From: a bacterium
Lineage (GTDB): Bacteria; Patescibacteriota; Minisyncoccia; JAHIHE01; JAGLIN01
Direction of reading: 5' to 3'
Length of the DNA stretch: 64,000 nt
Assembly (NCBI GenBank): GCA_030638825.1
Contig: DAOWDU010000011.1
Location: 5,675 to 69,674, forward strand
The translations under genes were made by a program, and so were the position numbers. Below the pieces are notes generated by a model. That model did no database searches. It saw only the letters and a program-made list of their open reading frames with translations, and was not told where the DNA came from. This document shows positions 51,204 to 61,234 of this stretch, in pieces (within the stretch, counting starts at the first letter, position 1; each line of letters starts with the position of its first letter).

Positions 51204-52547
51204 ATGATTATGAATGATAGGAAAAGCGGTCGTGATTGGTCGGGGGTGGGTTTTACTCCACATAAAGAGATAAAGAAAAGAAACAAAAATACGGTAGCAA
51301 ATAAAGGAAGCGGGAAATCGTCTTCTCTTGTAAAATTTTTGCTTTCGCTTGTTGTGGCGGTTGTTTTGATTGCAATTGTTGTCGGCGTTTTTAGGCTGAT
51401 AGATTTTGCGGCAATAGGAGTGGCAATGCTTATAATATTTATAATGATTGTCCTTTTACTTGCGGTAATTGTTGCTGGAATATTTTCAGTGTATACCTTT
51501 TTTGCCCCAAGAGATTGGTTTTGGGGAGGAAAACCTGAAGAAGGAACGGCGTGTACAATCGTGGCTGGAACAAAAAACAAAAAAGGAAGTTTTGTTAAAG
51601 CCGAAATAAGTTATGTAGGACACAAACTTGCCGAAAATTGGGATGTTGTTCCTGATGAAGATTTTCAAGCAGGAAAGAAAAGTTTTCTTGAACGAATTGG
51701 TTTAGGGGGAATTTTTTGGATTGGATTTCCCAGTATTCGCAGAAGATATAAGGATTTTTTTAGCTGGACAACAGTACTTAATAATGGGGAATTTGAAGAC
51801 CATAATGGGGAATTTGATCATGTGCCTCTAACAGAAGATACTTATGTGATTTTAATTCCCAAGGCTGAGACAACAGAATCCATGGTTCCTATGGACATTA
51901 CGATGCTAATGACAGCACAAATTATAAATCCCATGAAAGCAAGACATAAAGTTGAGCATTGGTTACAAAATATTGCTGCCTTGATTAAAGCTCCAGCCGT
52001 AAAACTTATTGCTCAAATGGATAATCCAAGGGATTTAATTGGAAACGAAGAATTAACAAAAGTATTTTATAATAAGCTTGAAAAATCTGGAGATATAAAA
52101 TACTTTAGAGATGTCTATGGCGTTAAGGTGTCAAGAGTTGAAGTTATTGCAATAGACCTTGATAAGGAAGCGGAAGAGGCTGCAAAGAAAAAATGGAAGA
52201 ATGAACAAGTAGCAGCAGCATTTATTGTTGAGGAGGAAGGAAAAGGAAAAGGATATAGTAAGAGAATAGGGATACAGACAGAGGCTGATGTGAAGCGGAT
52301 TGAAGATATAAATAGTAAAGTCCAAGAATTCGGAGATTTAGGATTAACTATAGAATATCTTAAAGCTGCAGAAAAGTCAGGCAAAATAGTTCTTCCTCCG
52401 CCAACAATGATTGGAGATGCTATAAAGCAAGCTCTTGGAGGAGATGAGTCATCCAATAAGCTCGCCAAGTTGCTTGAAGAAGCAAATATAACTAAGGAGG
52501 ACATAAGAGATTTTATCAAAGCTAAAGCGAAAGGCAAGGAGGAATAG
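51204..52547 (+). CDS. Membrane protein with SPFH/band-7-like domain
   Basis: Two TM helices, YGVKVSRVEVIAID followed by Ala/Glu coiled coil. Confidence 0.6.
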   Translation: MIMNDRKSGRDWSGVGFTPHKEIKKRNKNTVANKGSGKSSSLVKFLLSLVVAVVLIAIVVGVFRLIDFAAIGVAMLIIFIMIVLLLAVIVAGIFSVYTFFAPRDWFWGGKPEEGTACTIVAGTKNKKGSFVKAEISYVGHKLAENWDVVPDEDFQAGKKSFLERIGLGGIFWIGFPSIRRRYKDFFSWTTVLNNGEFEDHNGEFDHVPLTEDTYVILIPKAETTESMVPMDITMLMTAQIINPMKARHKVEHWLQNIAALIKAPAVKLIAQMDNPRDLIGNEELTKVFYNKLEKSGDIKYFRDVYGVKVSRVEVIAIDLDKEAEEAAKKKWKNEQVAAAFIVEEEGKGKGYSKRIGIQTEADVKRIEDINSKVQEFGDLGLTIEYLKAAEKSGKIVLPPPTMIGDAIKQALGGDESSNKLAKLLEEANITKEDIRDFIKAKAKGKEE

Positions 52548-52550
52548 GAA

Positions 52551-53300
52551 ATGAGTTTTGCAATTGTTGCAATAATGATCTTTCTTGTACTTCTTTTTCT
52601 ATTTTTTGTAGTTCTAATAATAATAGGACTTACGACAAATAGAAGTGGCGAAAGATCGGAAACGGGAAGACCTTCAGTTTTCTCTTCCCTAACCTCCAAA
52701 CTCCCATCCGCCGGAACCATTCTCGTGATTCTAGTTGTCGCTGTGATATCATTAGCGACAATAATTTGGGCATTGCAATTTCTGTTTGGTTTTTTTACAT
52801 TTGCTGAGAGCCAAACTCCAGAATGCTTCAACAACGAAACCAACAAAGATTACGGGTATAGCCGTATCAATGATGGAAAATTTGTGATTGAAGACGGAAA
52901 ATTGTCAGTGTTCAAATCAATCAGGATAACAAGCACAAACATAATCTGGGAATATCCAGAGTTTGGTTTCTCTATTGGGGGAATTGAAGGAAGGAAAGGA
53001 GAGAGAGTAACGGTAGATGTTCTGTTAGAAAGCAGAACAGGGAGCTGTTCGTTCAACTTTACCGTAGGTCCTTCTGCTGGTGTAAAAAAAGTAAAGTTCA
53101 GCATCAGCGAAAACGATCAGGTTTTGGTGAGAGTTGACAACTCTCCAATACCTATTGGAGAGAAACGATTTAATTCCAGTGGGAGTTATGACCTCACTGT
53201 AGATATAACTTCCAATAAACTGGATGAAACTGCAGAAACTCGCAAGAGCTGCAGTTTGTTCATCCCATCTTTCTATTTAACCGAAGCAACTTTCGGTTAG
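52551..53300 (+). CDS. Hypothetical membrane protein
   Basis: Two TM helices plus beta-rich C-terminal domain. Confidence 0.7.
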   Translation: MSFAIVAIMIFLVLLFLFFVVLIIIGLTTNRSGERSETGRPSVFSSLTSKLPSAGTILVILVVAVISLATIIWALQFLFGFFTFAESQTPECFNNETNKDYGYSRINDGKFVIEDGKLSVFKSIRITSTNIIWEYPEFGFSIGGIEGRKGERVTVDVLLESRTGSCSFNFTVGPSAGVKKVKFSISENDQVLVRVDNSPIPIGEKRFNSSGSYDLTVDITSNKLDETAETRKSCSLFIPSFYLTEATFG

Positions 53301-53321
53301 ATAAAATTAACAATAATTTAT

Positions 53322-53375
53322 AGAGAATGTTTTTCTGACGCTAAGTATCAGATTAAAACATTCTCTTATTTTTTT
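53322..53375 (+). terminator. Probable intrinsic terminator
   Basis: AGAGAATGTTTT...AAAACATTCTCT stem followed by T run. Confidence 0.6.
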
Positions 53376-53432
53376 GCCAAACAACGCAAGTTATGTTAGA
53401 ATGTTAGCATGTTAAAATGTTAAAATGAAATT

Positions 53433-54083
53433 ATGAATATTGTTTGGTACGGGCAAAGCTGTTTCAAGATTCAAAGCAAAGATATAATTTTAATCACCGA
53501 TCCCTTTGATAAAAAAATTGGGCTAAGACCGCCTTTTGGATCAGCCGATATTGTGACCATTAGCCATAATCATTATGATCACAATAACTTTCAAGTCATC
53601 AAGAACGATCCCTTTATTGTTGATAGTGTTGGAGAATATGAAATAAAAAAAGTGACAATTAAGGGAATAGACTCTTGCCATGATAATCAGGGAGGGAAAG
53701 AGAAGGGACAAAATACGATTTATAAAATAGAAATGGAAGGAATAAAAATCTGCCATTTGGGAGATTTTGGGCAAAGTACCCTTGTCAATGGACAGCTGGA
53801 AAAAATAGGCCAGATTGATATTTTGTTTATTCCCATCGGCGGAGTTTTCACGATTGATTGGAAATCAGCAAGCGCCATCATCAGCCAAATTGAACCGAGA
53901 ATAATAATTCCGATGCACTATAAAATTCCAGGAGTGAAAGGAGATTTATTGAAGTTAGATACCGTTGATCAATTCTGCAAAGAACGCGGTGTGTCATCCA
54001 AAGACGCTGTTAATAAGTTTAGTATTAAAAAGAAAGATTTGCCTCAAGAAGGATCGGAAACGGTGATTATGAAAGTCGCATAA
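53433..54083 (+). CDS. MBL-fold metallo-hydrolase (Lactamase_B_3)
   Basis: WYGQSCF, TDPF, SHNHYDH, HLGD, PMHY. Confidence 0.92.
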   Translation: MNIVWYGQSCFKIQSKDIILITDPFDKKIGLRPPFGSADIVTISHNHYDHNNFQVIKNDPFIVDSVGEYEIKKVTIKGIDSCHDNQGGKEKGQNTIYKIEMEGIKICHLGDFGQSTLVNGQLEKIGQIDILFIPIGGVFTIDWKSASAIISQIEPRIIIPMHYKIPGVKGDLLKLDTVDQFCKERGVSSKDAVNKFSIKKKDLPQEGSETVIMKVA

Positions 54084-54093
54084 TAATTTTATT

Positions 54094-54372
54094 TTGAAAA
54101 AAATTATTAAAAAAATTCAAAATAAGCCAGAAAAAGAAAAGGTTATGATAATGTGGATCCTGGTTATTTTTTGTATGCTGATTATGATTGGCATTTGGAA
54201 AATAAATCTTGCTTTAAATAAACCAACAGAAATAAATTCTAATAATTATAGCAATTTAAATTTACCGCCTTTTCCAGAATTAGAAGAATTGAATGAAGAA
54301 ATTGGTAGTTTAGAAAAATTAAACGAAGAAGTAATTGAAAAAGATAAAATAGAGAAAAAATTAGAAAATTAA
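54094..54372 (+). CDS. Small membrane protein
   Basis: 92-aa ORF (TTG start) with one TM. Confidence 0.6.
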   Translation: MKKIIKKIQNKPEKEKVMIMWILVIFCMLIMIGIWKINLALNKPTEINSNNYSNLNLPPFPELEELNEEIGSLEKLNEEVIEKDKIEKKLEN

Positions 54373-54385
54373 AAATTTGAATAAT

Positions 54386-54913
54386 ATGAAAATTAAACAA
54401 GAAAATAACCTGGCTTTCGTAGATGGGCAGAACTTATATTTAGGAACGATAACGGGGAAAAATAAATGGGTTGTTGATTTGGAGAAATTTAGAATCTATT
54501 TAAGCAGAAAATATAAAGTTAAGAAGGCTTATTATTTTTTGGGATATATAAATGGAAGTTATCAGGGTTTGTATGACGAGATACAAGAAGCTGGTTTTAT
54601 TTTAAAATTTAGGGAGCATAATACTATTATGATTGGCGAGAAAAAAGGAAATGTTGATACAGATATTATTTTTTCTATTATGGAAAAAATGTACAGAAGA
54701 GAAAAATTCGATAAAGTTATTTTAGTTTCAGGCGACGGCGATTACAAACAATTAGTTGATTTTTTGATTAAGGAAAATAAGTTTGAAAAAATTCTTTTCC
54801 CAAATAAAAAATTTGCCTCATCGTTATATAGGCAAATTACAAGAGTTTACTATGATTATTTAGAAAATATAAGATACAAAGTGGGCAAAAATCAAAAAGG
54901 GGACCTTAGGTAG
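54386..54913 (+). CDS. NYN domain protein
   Basis: AFVDGQNL, KGNVDTD, VSGDGDY, ILFP..K.ASSLY. Confidence 0.92.
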   Translation: MKIKQENNLAFVDGQNLYLGTITGKNKWVVDLEKFRIYLSRKYKVKKAYYFLGYINGSYQGLYDEIQEAGFILKFREHNTIMIGEKKGNVDTDIIFSIMEKMYRREKFDKVILVSGDGDYKQLVDFLIKENKFEKILFPNKKFASSLYRQITRVYYDYLENIRYKVGKNQKGDLR

Positions 54914-55099
54914 TTAGCCGTTCGGGATCCCTTTTCGTATTAATACCTACATAATAGCAGATTTGAAAACCCTGTCAAGAGCAAATTCTTAGAGCAAATT
55001 CTTAATAAAGTTATTAAAAATAGAAAAATCGGAAAATTAGAAATAATCAATTTTACAGGTTAAAATCTAAGTTCCAGTAAATAATAAAATATTTTAAAT

Positions 55100-57571
55100 A
55101 TGAAAAAAGAAGAAATTAAAAAAGCTGAACCGCAAAATAATATCGGCAAAATTGAAGACAAGCCGATTACTGATGAGATGCAGGAATGCTATCTTGACTA
55201 CGCGATGAGCGTGATTGTTTCTCGCGCGCTGCCGGATGTTCGTGATGGGTTGAAGCCAGTTCACAGAAGAATTTTATACGCGATGCATGACATTGGGCTG
55301 AAACCGCAAGCGAAATTTAAAAAATCTGCTACTGTTGTCGGAGAAGTTTTGGGAAAATATCATCCGCATGGAGACGCCGCTGTTTATGAATCAATGGTCA
55401 GAATGGCGCAGGATTTTTCAATGCGCTATCCGTTAGTAAACGGACAAGGAAATTTCGGCTCAATGGATGGCGATTCAGCGGCGGCAATGAGATACACCGA
55501 AGTTAAAATGGCATCTATCGCGGAAGAAATGCTTTATGATATAGATAAAGACACTGTTAATTTTGCGGATAATTATGACAAGAGCCGAAAAGAACCGACT
55601 GTGATGCCCGCTAAACTTCCGCAGCTTTTGTTAAATGGGACGATCGGAATTGCGGTCGGAATGGCGACAAATATTCCGCCGCATAATTTAAACGAGATTG
55701 TTGACGCGACTATTTATTTAATAGACAATGACGATGCGACGATAGAAGATTTATTGAAATTTGTAAAAGGTCCGGATTTTCCGACAGGCGGATTAATTTA
55801 TGGACAGAAAGATATTTTGCAAGCGTATTCAACTGGAAAAGGGAGATTGGATATGCGCGCTAAAGCTGAGATTGTGGAAAATAAAAAAGGACGATTTCAG
55901 ATTATAGTTTCCGAAATGATTTATCAAGTTAACAAATCCACTCTCATTGAAAGAATAGCGGAACTAGTAAAAACAAAAAAGATTGAAGGAATCAAAGATT
56001 TGCGCGACGAATCAGACAGAGATGGCGTGAGAATCGCGATTGATCTTAAAAATGACGCCTATCCGAAGAAGATTTTGAACAGACTCTATAAGCTCACCGA
56101 TTTGCAAAAAGCGTTTCATTATAATATGCTCGCTCTTGTTGACGGATTGCAGCCAAGAATTCTGAATTTAAAAATGATCCTTGAATATTATATTATCCAT
56201 CGCGAAGAGGTTGTCCGCAGAAGAACGCAGTTTGAATTAAATAAAGCAAAAGAACGAGCGCATATTTTAGAAGGCTTGACTATTGCTTTAGATCAAATTA
56301 GCGAAGTTATTAAAACAATTAGAAAAGCGCCGACGAAAGAAAAAGCGCACAGCGACTTAATGAAAAAATTTAAATTAAGCGAACGGCAAGCGACAGCTAT
56401 TTTAGAAATGAGATTGCAAACGCTGGCGGGATTAGAAAGGCAGAAAATAAAAGATGAGTTGGAAGAAAAATTAAAACTGATTAAAAAATTAGAAGCGATT
56501 TTAAAAAGCAAAATTAAAATTAAAGAAATTATAAAAAACGAATTAGAAGAAGTTAAAAACAAATTTGGCGACGAAAGAAGAACCAGAATATACAAAGGCG
56601 GGCTTGATGAATTCTCGCAAGAAGATTTAATTCCGAAAGAAGATGTCATTATAACTTTAACCAGAGAAGGCTATATTAAAAGAATGGATTCCCAGACTTA
56701 TCACGTTCAGCATCGTGGCGGCAAAGGAGTTATCGGCGCGGCGATGAAAGAGGAAGATGTGATTGATCATTTTTTCCTGACTAATACGCATAATAACTTA
56801 TTATTCTTTACAAATTATGGCCGAGTATTTCAAACAAAAGCGCACGAAATTCCAGCAAGCGCCAGAACAGCAAAGGGACATTCAATTGTAAACTTCTTAC
56901 AGCTTTCTCCTGAAGAGACAATTACAGCTGTTGTTTCTTTGGAAAAAGAAAAAAATATCAGTTTCCTTGTAATGGCGACAAAAAATGGTATAATAAAGAA
57001 AACGAGTATAGACGAATTTTCCAATGTCAGGAGATCTGGGCTGATCGCAATTAAATTAAAAAAAGGCGATGAATTGAAATGGGTGAAATCAAGCAATGGC
57101 GAAGATACAGTTTTCATAGTTGCTTCCACGGGACAGTCAATCAGATTTAAAGAGAAAGATATTCGTTCAATGGGCAGGACCGCTTCTGGCGTCAAAGCAA
57201 TCAAACTAAAAGCGTCAAGCGAGGTTATCAGTATGAATGTAATTACTGATTCTCAAAAAGACAAGAATTATATTTTCACTGTTTCGGAAAATGGCTTTGG
57301 AAAACTGAGCGATCTGAAATTTTATAAAATTCAAAACAGAGGAGGAAGCGGAATAAAAACAGCCATCACTAATTCAAAAACAGGGACGCTGGTCAATTCA
57401 AAAATAATAAACGAAACGCAGTTTGATAATGATTTAATAATTATTTCTCAAAAAGGACAAGTAATCAGAACGCCGCTCGCAAAGATCGCAAAATCTGGTC
57501 GCGCGACTCAGGGCGTTAGAATAATGAGATTGAAAAGCGATGATAAAATTTCGTCAGTAGCGGTAGTGTGA
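55100..57571 (+). CDS. gyrA: DNA gyrase subunit A
   Basis: [29 protein letters not shown], GyrA-box QHRGGKG. Confidence 0.98.
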   Translation: MKKEEIKKAEPQNNIGKIEDKPITDEMQECYLDYAMSVIVSRALPDVRDGLKPVHRRILYAMHDIGLKPQAKFKKSATVVGEVLGKYHPHGDAAVYESMVRMAQDFSMRYPLVNGQGNFGSMDGDSAAAMRYTEVKMASIAEEMLYDIDKDTVNFADNYDKSRKEPTVMPAKLPQLLLNGTIGIAVGMATNIPPHNLNEIVDATIYLIDNDDATIEDLLKFVKGPDFPTGGLIYGQKDILQAYSTGKGRLDMRAKAEIVENKKGRFQIIVSEMIYQVNKSTLIERIAELVKTKKIEGIKDLRDESDRDGVRIAIDLKNDAYPKKILNRLYKLTDLQKAFHYNMLALVDGLQPRILNLKMILEYYIIHREEVVRRRTQFELNKAKERAHILEGLTIALDQISEVIKTIRKAPTKEKAHSDLMKKFKLSERQATAILEMRLQTLAGLERQKIKDELEEKLKLIKKLEAILKSKIKIKEIIKNELEEVKNKFGDERRTRIYKGGLDEFSQEDLIPKEDVIITLTREGYIKRMDSQTYHVQHRGGKGVIGAAMKEEDVIDHFFLTNTHNNLLFFTNYGRVFQTKAHEIPASARTAKGHSIVNFLQLSPEETITAVVSLEKEKNISFLVMATKNGIIKKTSIDEFSNVRRSGLIAIKLKKGDELKWVKSSNGEDTVFIVASTGQSIRFKEKDIRSMGRTASGVKAIKLKASSEVISMNVITDSQKDKNYIFTVSENGFGKLSDLKFYKIQNRGGSGIKTAITNSKTGTLVNSKIINETQFDNDLIIISQKGQVIRTPLAKIAKSGRATQGVRIMRLKSDDKISSVAVV

Positions 57572-57595
57572 ATGTTTATATGTTAAAATGTTTAT

Positions 57596-58156
57596 ATGAC
57601 AATAGATATTAATAAAATTGGCAGTGGGGGGTTTATGAATCCAGATAAAATTGTGGAAGAACTCAATATTAAAAACGGGATGTTCGTTGCTGATTTTGGC
57701 TGTGGCGCTGGATATTTTACAATCCCAATCGCTAAAATAATAAAAAACAGCGGCAAAATTTACGCAATAGATGTTTTAAATGAATCGTTAGAAAATGTTT
57801 TAAGCAAAGCAAAATTATATGATTTGCTTAATATTAAAACTGTTCGGGCTAATATAGAAATAATTGGCGGATCAAAAATAGAAAGCGGTTCCGTTGATTT
57901 GGTAATTCTCGCCAATATACTTTTTCAATGCAATGATCATAGTTCGGTTTTGAACGAAGCTAAGAGAATCTTGAAGAATAATGGCAGTGTTGTTGTTGTA
58001 GATTGGATTCCCAAAAAAGTTCCTTTAGGACCAAAATATGAGCATTGCCTCAGCGAGGAAACTATAAAAAAACTTGCTATAAAGAATGGACTGAAAGTTG
58101 TCAGAAAAATAGACGCTGGAAATCAGCATTATGGGATGGTGTTGAAAAACATATAA
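57596..58156 (+). CDS. Class I SAM-dependent methyltransferase
   Basis: VADFGCGAGYF, YAID, VVDW. Confidence 0.9.
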   Translation: MTIDINKIGSGGFMNPDKIVEELNIKNGMFVADFGCGAGYFTIPIAKIIKNSGKIYAIDVLNESLENVLSKAKLYDLLNIKTVRANIEIIGGSKIESGSVDLVILANILFQCNDHSSVLNEAKRILKNNGSVVVVDWIPKKVPLGPKYEHCLSEETIKKLAIKNGLKVVRKIDAGNQHYGMVLKNI

Positions 58157-58266
58157 ACATATAAACATATAAACATATAAACATATAAACATATAAACAT
58201 ATAAACATATAAACATGGGGGCTTCAAAGGTTTGTTTAAATGTTTACATGCTTATATGTTTAAATG
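58147..58266. repeat. (AAACATAT)x8 microsatellite plus inverted right arm
   Basis: Eight perfect octamers 58147-58210, then TGTTTAAATGTTTACATGCTTATATGTTTAAATG. Confidence 0.95.
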
Positions 58267-59646
58267 ATCTTTATGACTAAGCAAAAAATATTTTTAATTG
58301 GTTTTATACTTTCCGTCTTATCAATAATCGCCTGGTATATAGTTGGCTGTCCTTTGGCGGAGAAATGTCCGTTTGTGAGATTTGAAAAAGAAGAAGCTCC
58401 AAAGGTAATTCTGACATTTGTCGGTCCTACGGACAATGCCAGCGACTGGAACGCAATTTTTTCTAAGTTTAACGCTTATAAAAAAAGACCGGAAAATGGT
58501 TTTTTGGATGTGATTATAAAATACGAAAGGGTGTGCAATCCAATCTGCGATCAGGATGATTACGAAGATATGGTAAGAGAAAGGCAATATGAAGACGAGG
58601 GACCGAATATCTTTATGGCTTATAGCTCCTGGATTCCAAGACACAAGGATAAGCTTTTGCCTGCGCCAAAAGGAATGATGAATCTGGCGGAATTTGAGAA
58701 CACTTTTGCGCAAGTGACAAAAAATGACTTAACCGATGAAAAGGGAAATATTTACGCGCTTCCGTTTTATGTGGATACTTTGGCCTTGTATTATGATAAC
58801 GATGCTTTTTTAAATGAGAATTTAATAAAGCCTCCTATAAATTGGGATGAATTTGAGGAGTATGTGGAAAAATTAACTATTGTTGATGAAGATGGAAATT
58901 TTATAAGAGCTGGAGCTGCTTTTGGAGGCGGAAGCAATATAAATAGAGGCCAAGATATTTTAATGCTTCTAATAATGCAGAATAATATCAGCAGTAAGAC
59001 AGTAGGAAATTTGGTTTCATTTAATAATAAAGGTAGTCCTGCAGCGATAAATTTTTATACTGACTTTACCAATCCTAAAAAGAGATTTTATACCTGGAAT
59101 GAAAATCAAATGTATTCCATAGACGCTTTTACTCAGAAGAAAGCTGCGATGATGATTAATTATTCTCATCATATTGATAATGTAATTGAGAAAACGAGTA
59201 ATAATTTGAATTTTAAAATTGCTCCAATTCCTCAATTGGATAGAAATAGTAAAGTTAATTATGCTAGTTACTGGGTTCCTGTTGTTCCCAAAAAAGCTCC
59301 TTGCGGAAAAGAAGCAAAAACGAACGCGAATTGCTACAGTTTAGCTTGGGAATTTTTAGATTTTGCGGCTAAAAAACAAAATGCCAAATTATATTTAGAT
59401 TCCACAAAAAAACCTGCTGCTAATTTAGAACTTGCGAAAGAGCAATTTACAGATTTTAATGATCAGCGAAGCGTGTTTGCCGGACAGGTGTTTACGGCTA
59501 AAAGTTGGGAACATCCAGATAGCTCATTGAGCGATAAAATTTTAGTGAAAATGATAGATTCTATAATAACAACTAATCAAGAATTCAAAAAAAGTATTTT
59601 CGAAGCAATGGCTGTGGCTGCTAGATATGTTGATAGTTTGAATTAG
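58264..59646 (+). CDS. Extracellular solute-binding protein (sugar ABC-type fold)
   Basis: GPNIF, IYALPFYVDTLALYY, PPINWDEF, KAAMMINY, NYASYW, AWEFL. Confidence 0.85.
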   Translation: MIFMTKQKIFLIGFILSVLSIIAWYIVGCPLAEKCPFVRFEKEEAPKVILTFVGPTDNASDWNAIFSKFNAYKKRPENGFLDVIIKYERVCNPICDQDDYEDMVRERQYEDEGPNIFMAYSSWIPRHKDKLLPAPKGMMNLAEFENTFAQVTKNDLTDEKGNIYALPFYVDTLALYYDNDAFLNENLIKPPINWDEFEEYVEKLTIVDEDGNFIRAGAAFGGGSNINRGQDILMLLIMQNNISSKTVGNLVSFNNKGSPAAINFYTDFTNPKKRFYTWNENQMYSIDAFTQKKAAMMINYSHHIDNVIEKTSNNLNFKIAPIPQLDRNSKVNYASYWVPVVPKKAPCGKEAKTNANCYSLAWEFLDFAAKKQNAKLYLDSTKKPAANLELAKEQFTDFNDQRSVFAGQVFTAKSWEHPDSSLSDKILVKMIDSIITTNQEFKKSIFEAMAVAARYVDSLN

Positions 59647-59664
59647 AGATAAATAATTTAAATT

Positions 59665-59696
59665 AAAAACCGCCATTATGATTATAGCGGTTTTTT
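59665..59696. terminator. Bidirectional terminator-like hairpin
   Basis: AAAAACCGC...GCGGTTTTTT between convergent genes. Confidence 0.6.
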
Positions 59697-59780
59697 GGTT
59701 TATAATTTGAAAACATAACGAATAAGAAACAAGGACACAAGAAATAAGAAATTTGTTTGGGATTTGTATCTTGATTAATA

Positions 59781-59857
59781 TGGTGGGCCATCCTGGACTC
59801 GAACCAGGGACTTCGACCTTATAAGGATCGCGCTCTAACCAACTGAGCTAATGGCCC
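59781..59857 (-). tRNA. tRNA-Ile (UAU), CCA encoded
   Basis: GGGCCATTAGCTCAGTTGGTTAGAGCG CGATC-CTTATAA-GGTCG AAGTCCCTGGTTCGAGTCCAGGATGGCCCACCA. Confidence 0.93.
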
Positions 59858-60011
59858 AAAGTCATATAAACATTTAAGCATATAAGCATTTAAATATGTT
59901 GAGACTTCAGCTTTTTGTTTATATGTTTAGGTGTTTACATGTTTACATGATGTTATTCTAATAAAAAAATGTTAATTCGTCAATTCCAATATTCAAAATA
60001 TTCAATTATTT

Positions 60012-61016
60012 TTACTTTTTACTGTGAAACTTCTTGTGAATATTTTTCAAATGCTTGTCTGTGATGTGCGTGTAAATTTGAGTTGTCGTGATACTGGAAT
60101 GGCCGAGCATTGACTGGACGCTTCTAATGTCAGCGCCGTTCATTAGTAAATCTGTCGCAAAACTGTGCCGCAAAGTATGGGGCGTCACTTTTTTTACGAT
60201 GCCCGCTTTGACGGCATATTTTTCTACTATTCTTTGAATAGTTCTTACTGTCAGTCGTAAAGATTGATTTGCTTTTGCTTTATTTTTCTTACTGTTTTTT
60301 TTGCTTTTATTTTCATTATTGCAATAGCCACCGCCTTTTTTTCTAAAATTTATAAATAACGCAGGGTCAATATCTTTCCTTTTTTTAAGATAATCTATTA
60401 TGGCATCTTTTGCTGAGTCGGAAATAAAAACAAGACGGATTTTTCCTCCCTTTCCCCTTATAGAAAACTCGCCGCTTTTGAGATTTATGTTTTCCCTGTT
60501 TAAATTAGCAAGTTCCGAGACGCGAAGTCCAGTGGAAAATAGCAATTCTAAAATCGCTTTATCGCGCAGGCGATGGAAATATTGAAGGCGACATTCCGGA
60601 ATGTCGCCTTCAATATTTCCATCGCCTGTTTTCACAGATTCTAATAATCTTTTTATCTCATCCGCTTCTAAAAATTCTACTTCTCGCTCTTGCGTTTTTC
60701 CAAGCTCCACTTTTTCACTTGCCAATGTTTCAATATCTTGTTTTGCTAAATATTTCAAAAAACCGCGCAAGGCGATTATATAATAATCCTGTGTTGCTTT
60801 TTTTAAATTTTTTTCTTTACGATCTTTATATCTATTGAGATATAACCTGAATTTCTTTACCAATTCACCTGTAATATCCTCTGGATTTCTGATCATTGCC
60901 CAATCTAAAAACCGATTTAAATAATGATCGTAGTTTCTAATTGTCAGCTGTGATCTATTTTTCTCAATCTCCAAATATTCAAGAAATTCAATTTTTAATT
61001 CTTTTATTTTTTCCAT
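60012..61016 (-). CDS. XerC/XerD-family tyrosine recombinase
   Basis: RDKAILELLFSTGLRVSEL, GKGGKIR, TPHTLRHSFAT, LGHSSITTTQIYTH. Confidence 0.95.
   Translation of the reverse strand: MEKIKELKIEFLEYLEIEKNRSQLTIRNYDHYLNRFLDWAMIRNPEDITGELVKKFRLYLNRYKDRKEKNLKKATQDYYIIALRGFLKYLAKQDIETLASEKVELGKTQEREVEFLEADEIKRLLESVKTGDGNIEGDIPECRLQYFHRLRDKAILELLFSTGLRVSELANLNRENINLKSGEFSIRGKGGKIRLVFISDSAKDAIIDYLKKRKDIDPALFINFRKKGGGYCNNENKSKKNSKKNKAKANQSLRLTVRTIQRIVEKYAVKAGIVKKVTPHTLRHSFATDLLMNGADIRSVQSMLGHSSITTTQIYTHITDKHLKNIHKKFHSKK
60567..60628. repeat. 62-bp perfect palindrome inside the Xer gene
   Basis: CAGGCGATGGAAATATTGAAGGCGACATTCC|GGAATGTCGCCTTCAATATTTCCATCGCCTG. Confidence 0.95.
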
Positions 61017-61117
61017 AATTTTATTTTACGACATAAAACTGAATTTGTCTATTTTCTTTATGTCTATTTTCTTTATTTGCAAAAATATAAAATTATGTTA
61101 TTCTTTTTAAGTAGTTT

Positions 61118-61190
61118 GCGGATGTAGTTCAGTGGCTAGAACATCTCCTTGCCAAGGAGAAGGTCGCCGGTTCGACTCCGGTCATCCGCT
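61118..61190 (+). tRNA. tRNA-Gly (GCC), CCA not encoded
   Basis: GCGGATGTAGTTCAGTGGCTAGAACA TCTCC-TTGCCAA-GGAGA ...GGTTCGACTCCGGTCATCCGCT. Confidence 0.96.
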
Positions 61191-61234
61191 CAAATTTAGT
61201 ATTTAGTATACAGTATTTAGTATTAAGCCAAAAA

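Noticed and set aside
52115-52846. 243-aa minus-strand ORF
   Set aside because: Fully overlaps two plus-strand genes; composition typical of an antisense frame.
54978-55003. 13-bp tandem duplication AGAGCAAATTCTT x2 upstream of gyrA
   Set aside because: Single local duplication with no other copies seen; no function can be supported.
58025-58216. ORF MFICLYVYMFICLYVY...
   Set aside because: Translation of the octamer microsatellite, antisense to the methyltransferase.
59781-61190. Prophage or island integrase between two tRNAs
   Set aside because: The protein looks like housekeeping XerC/D; no att duplication or phage genes, and the flanks are core-type genes.
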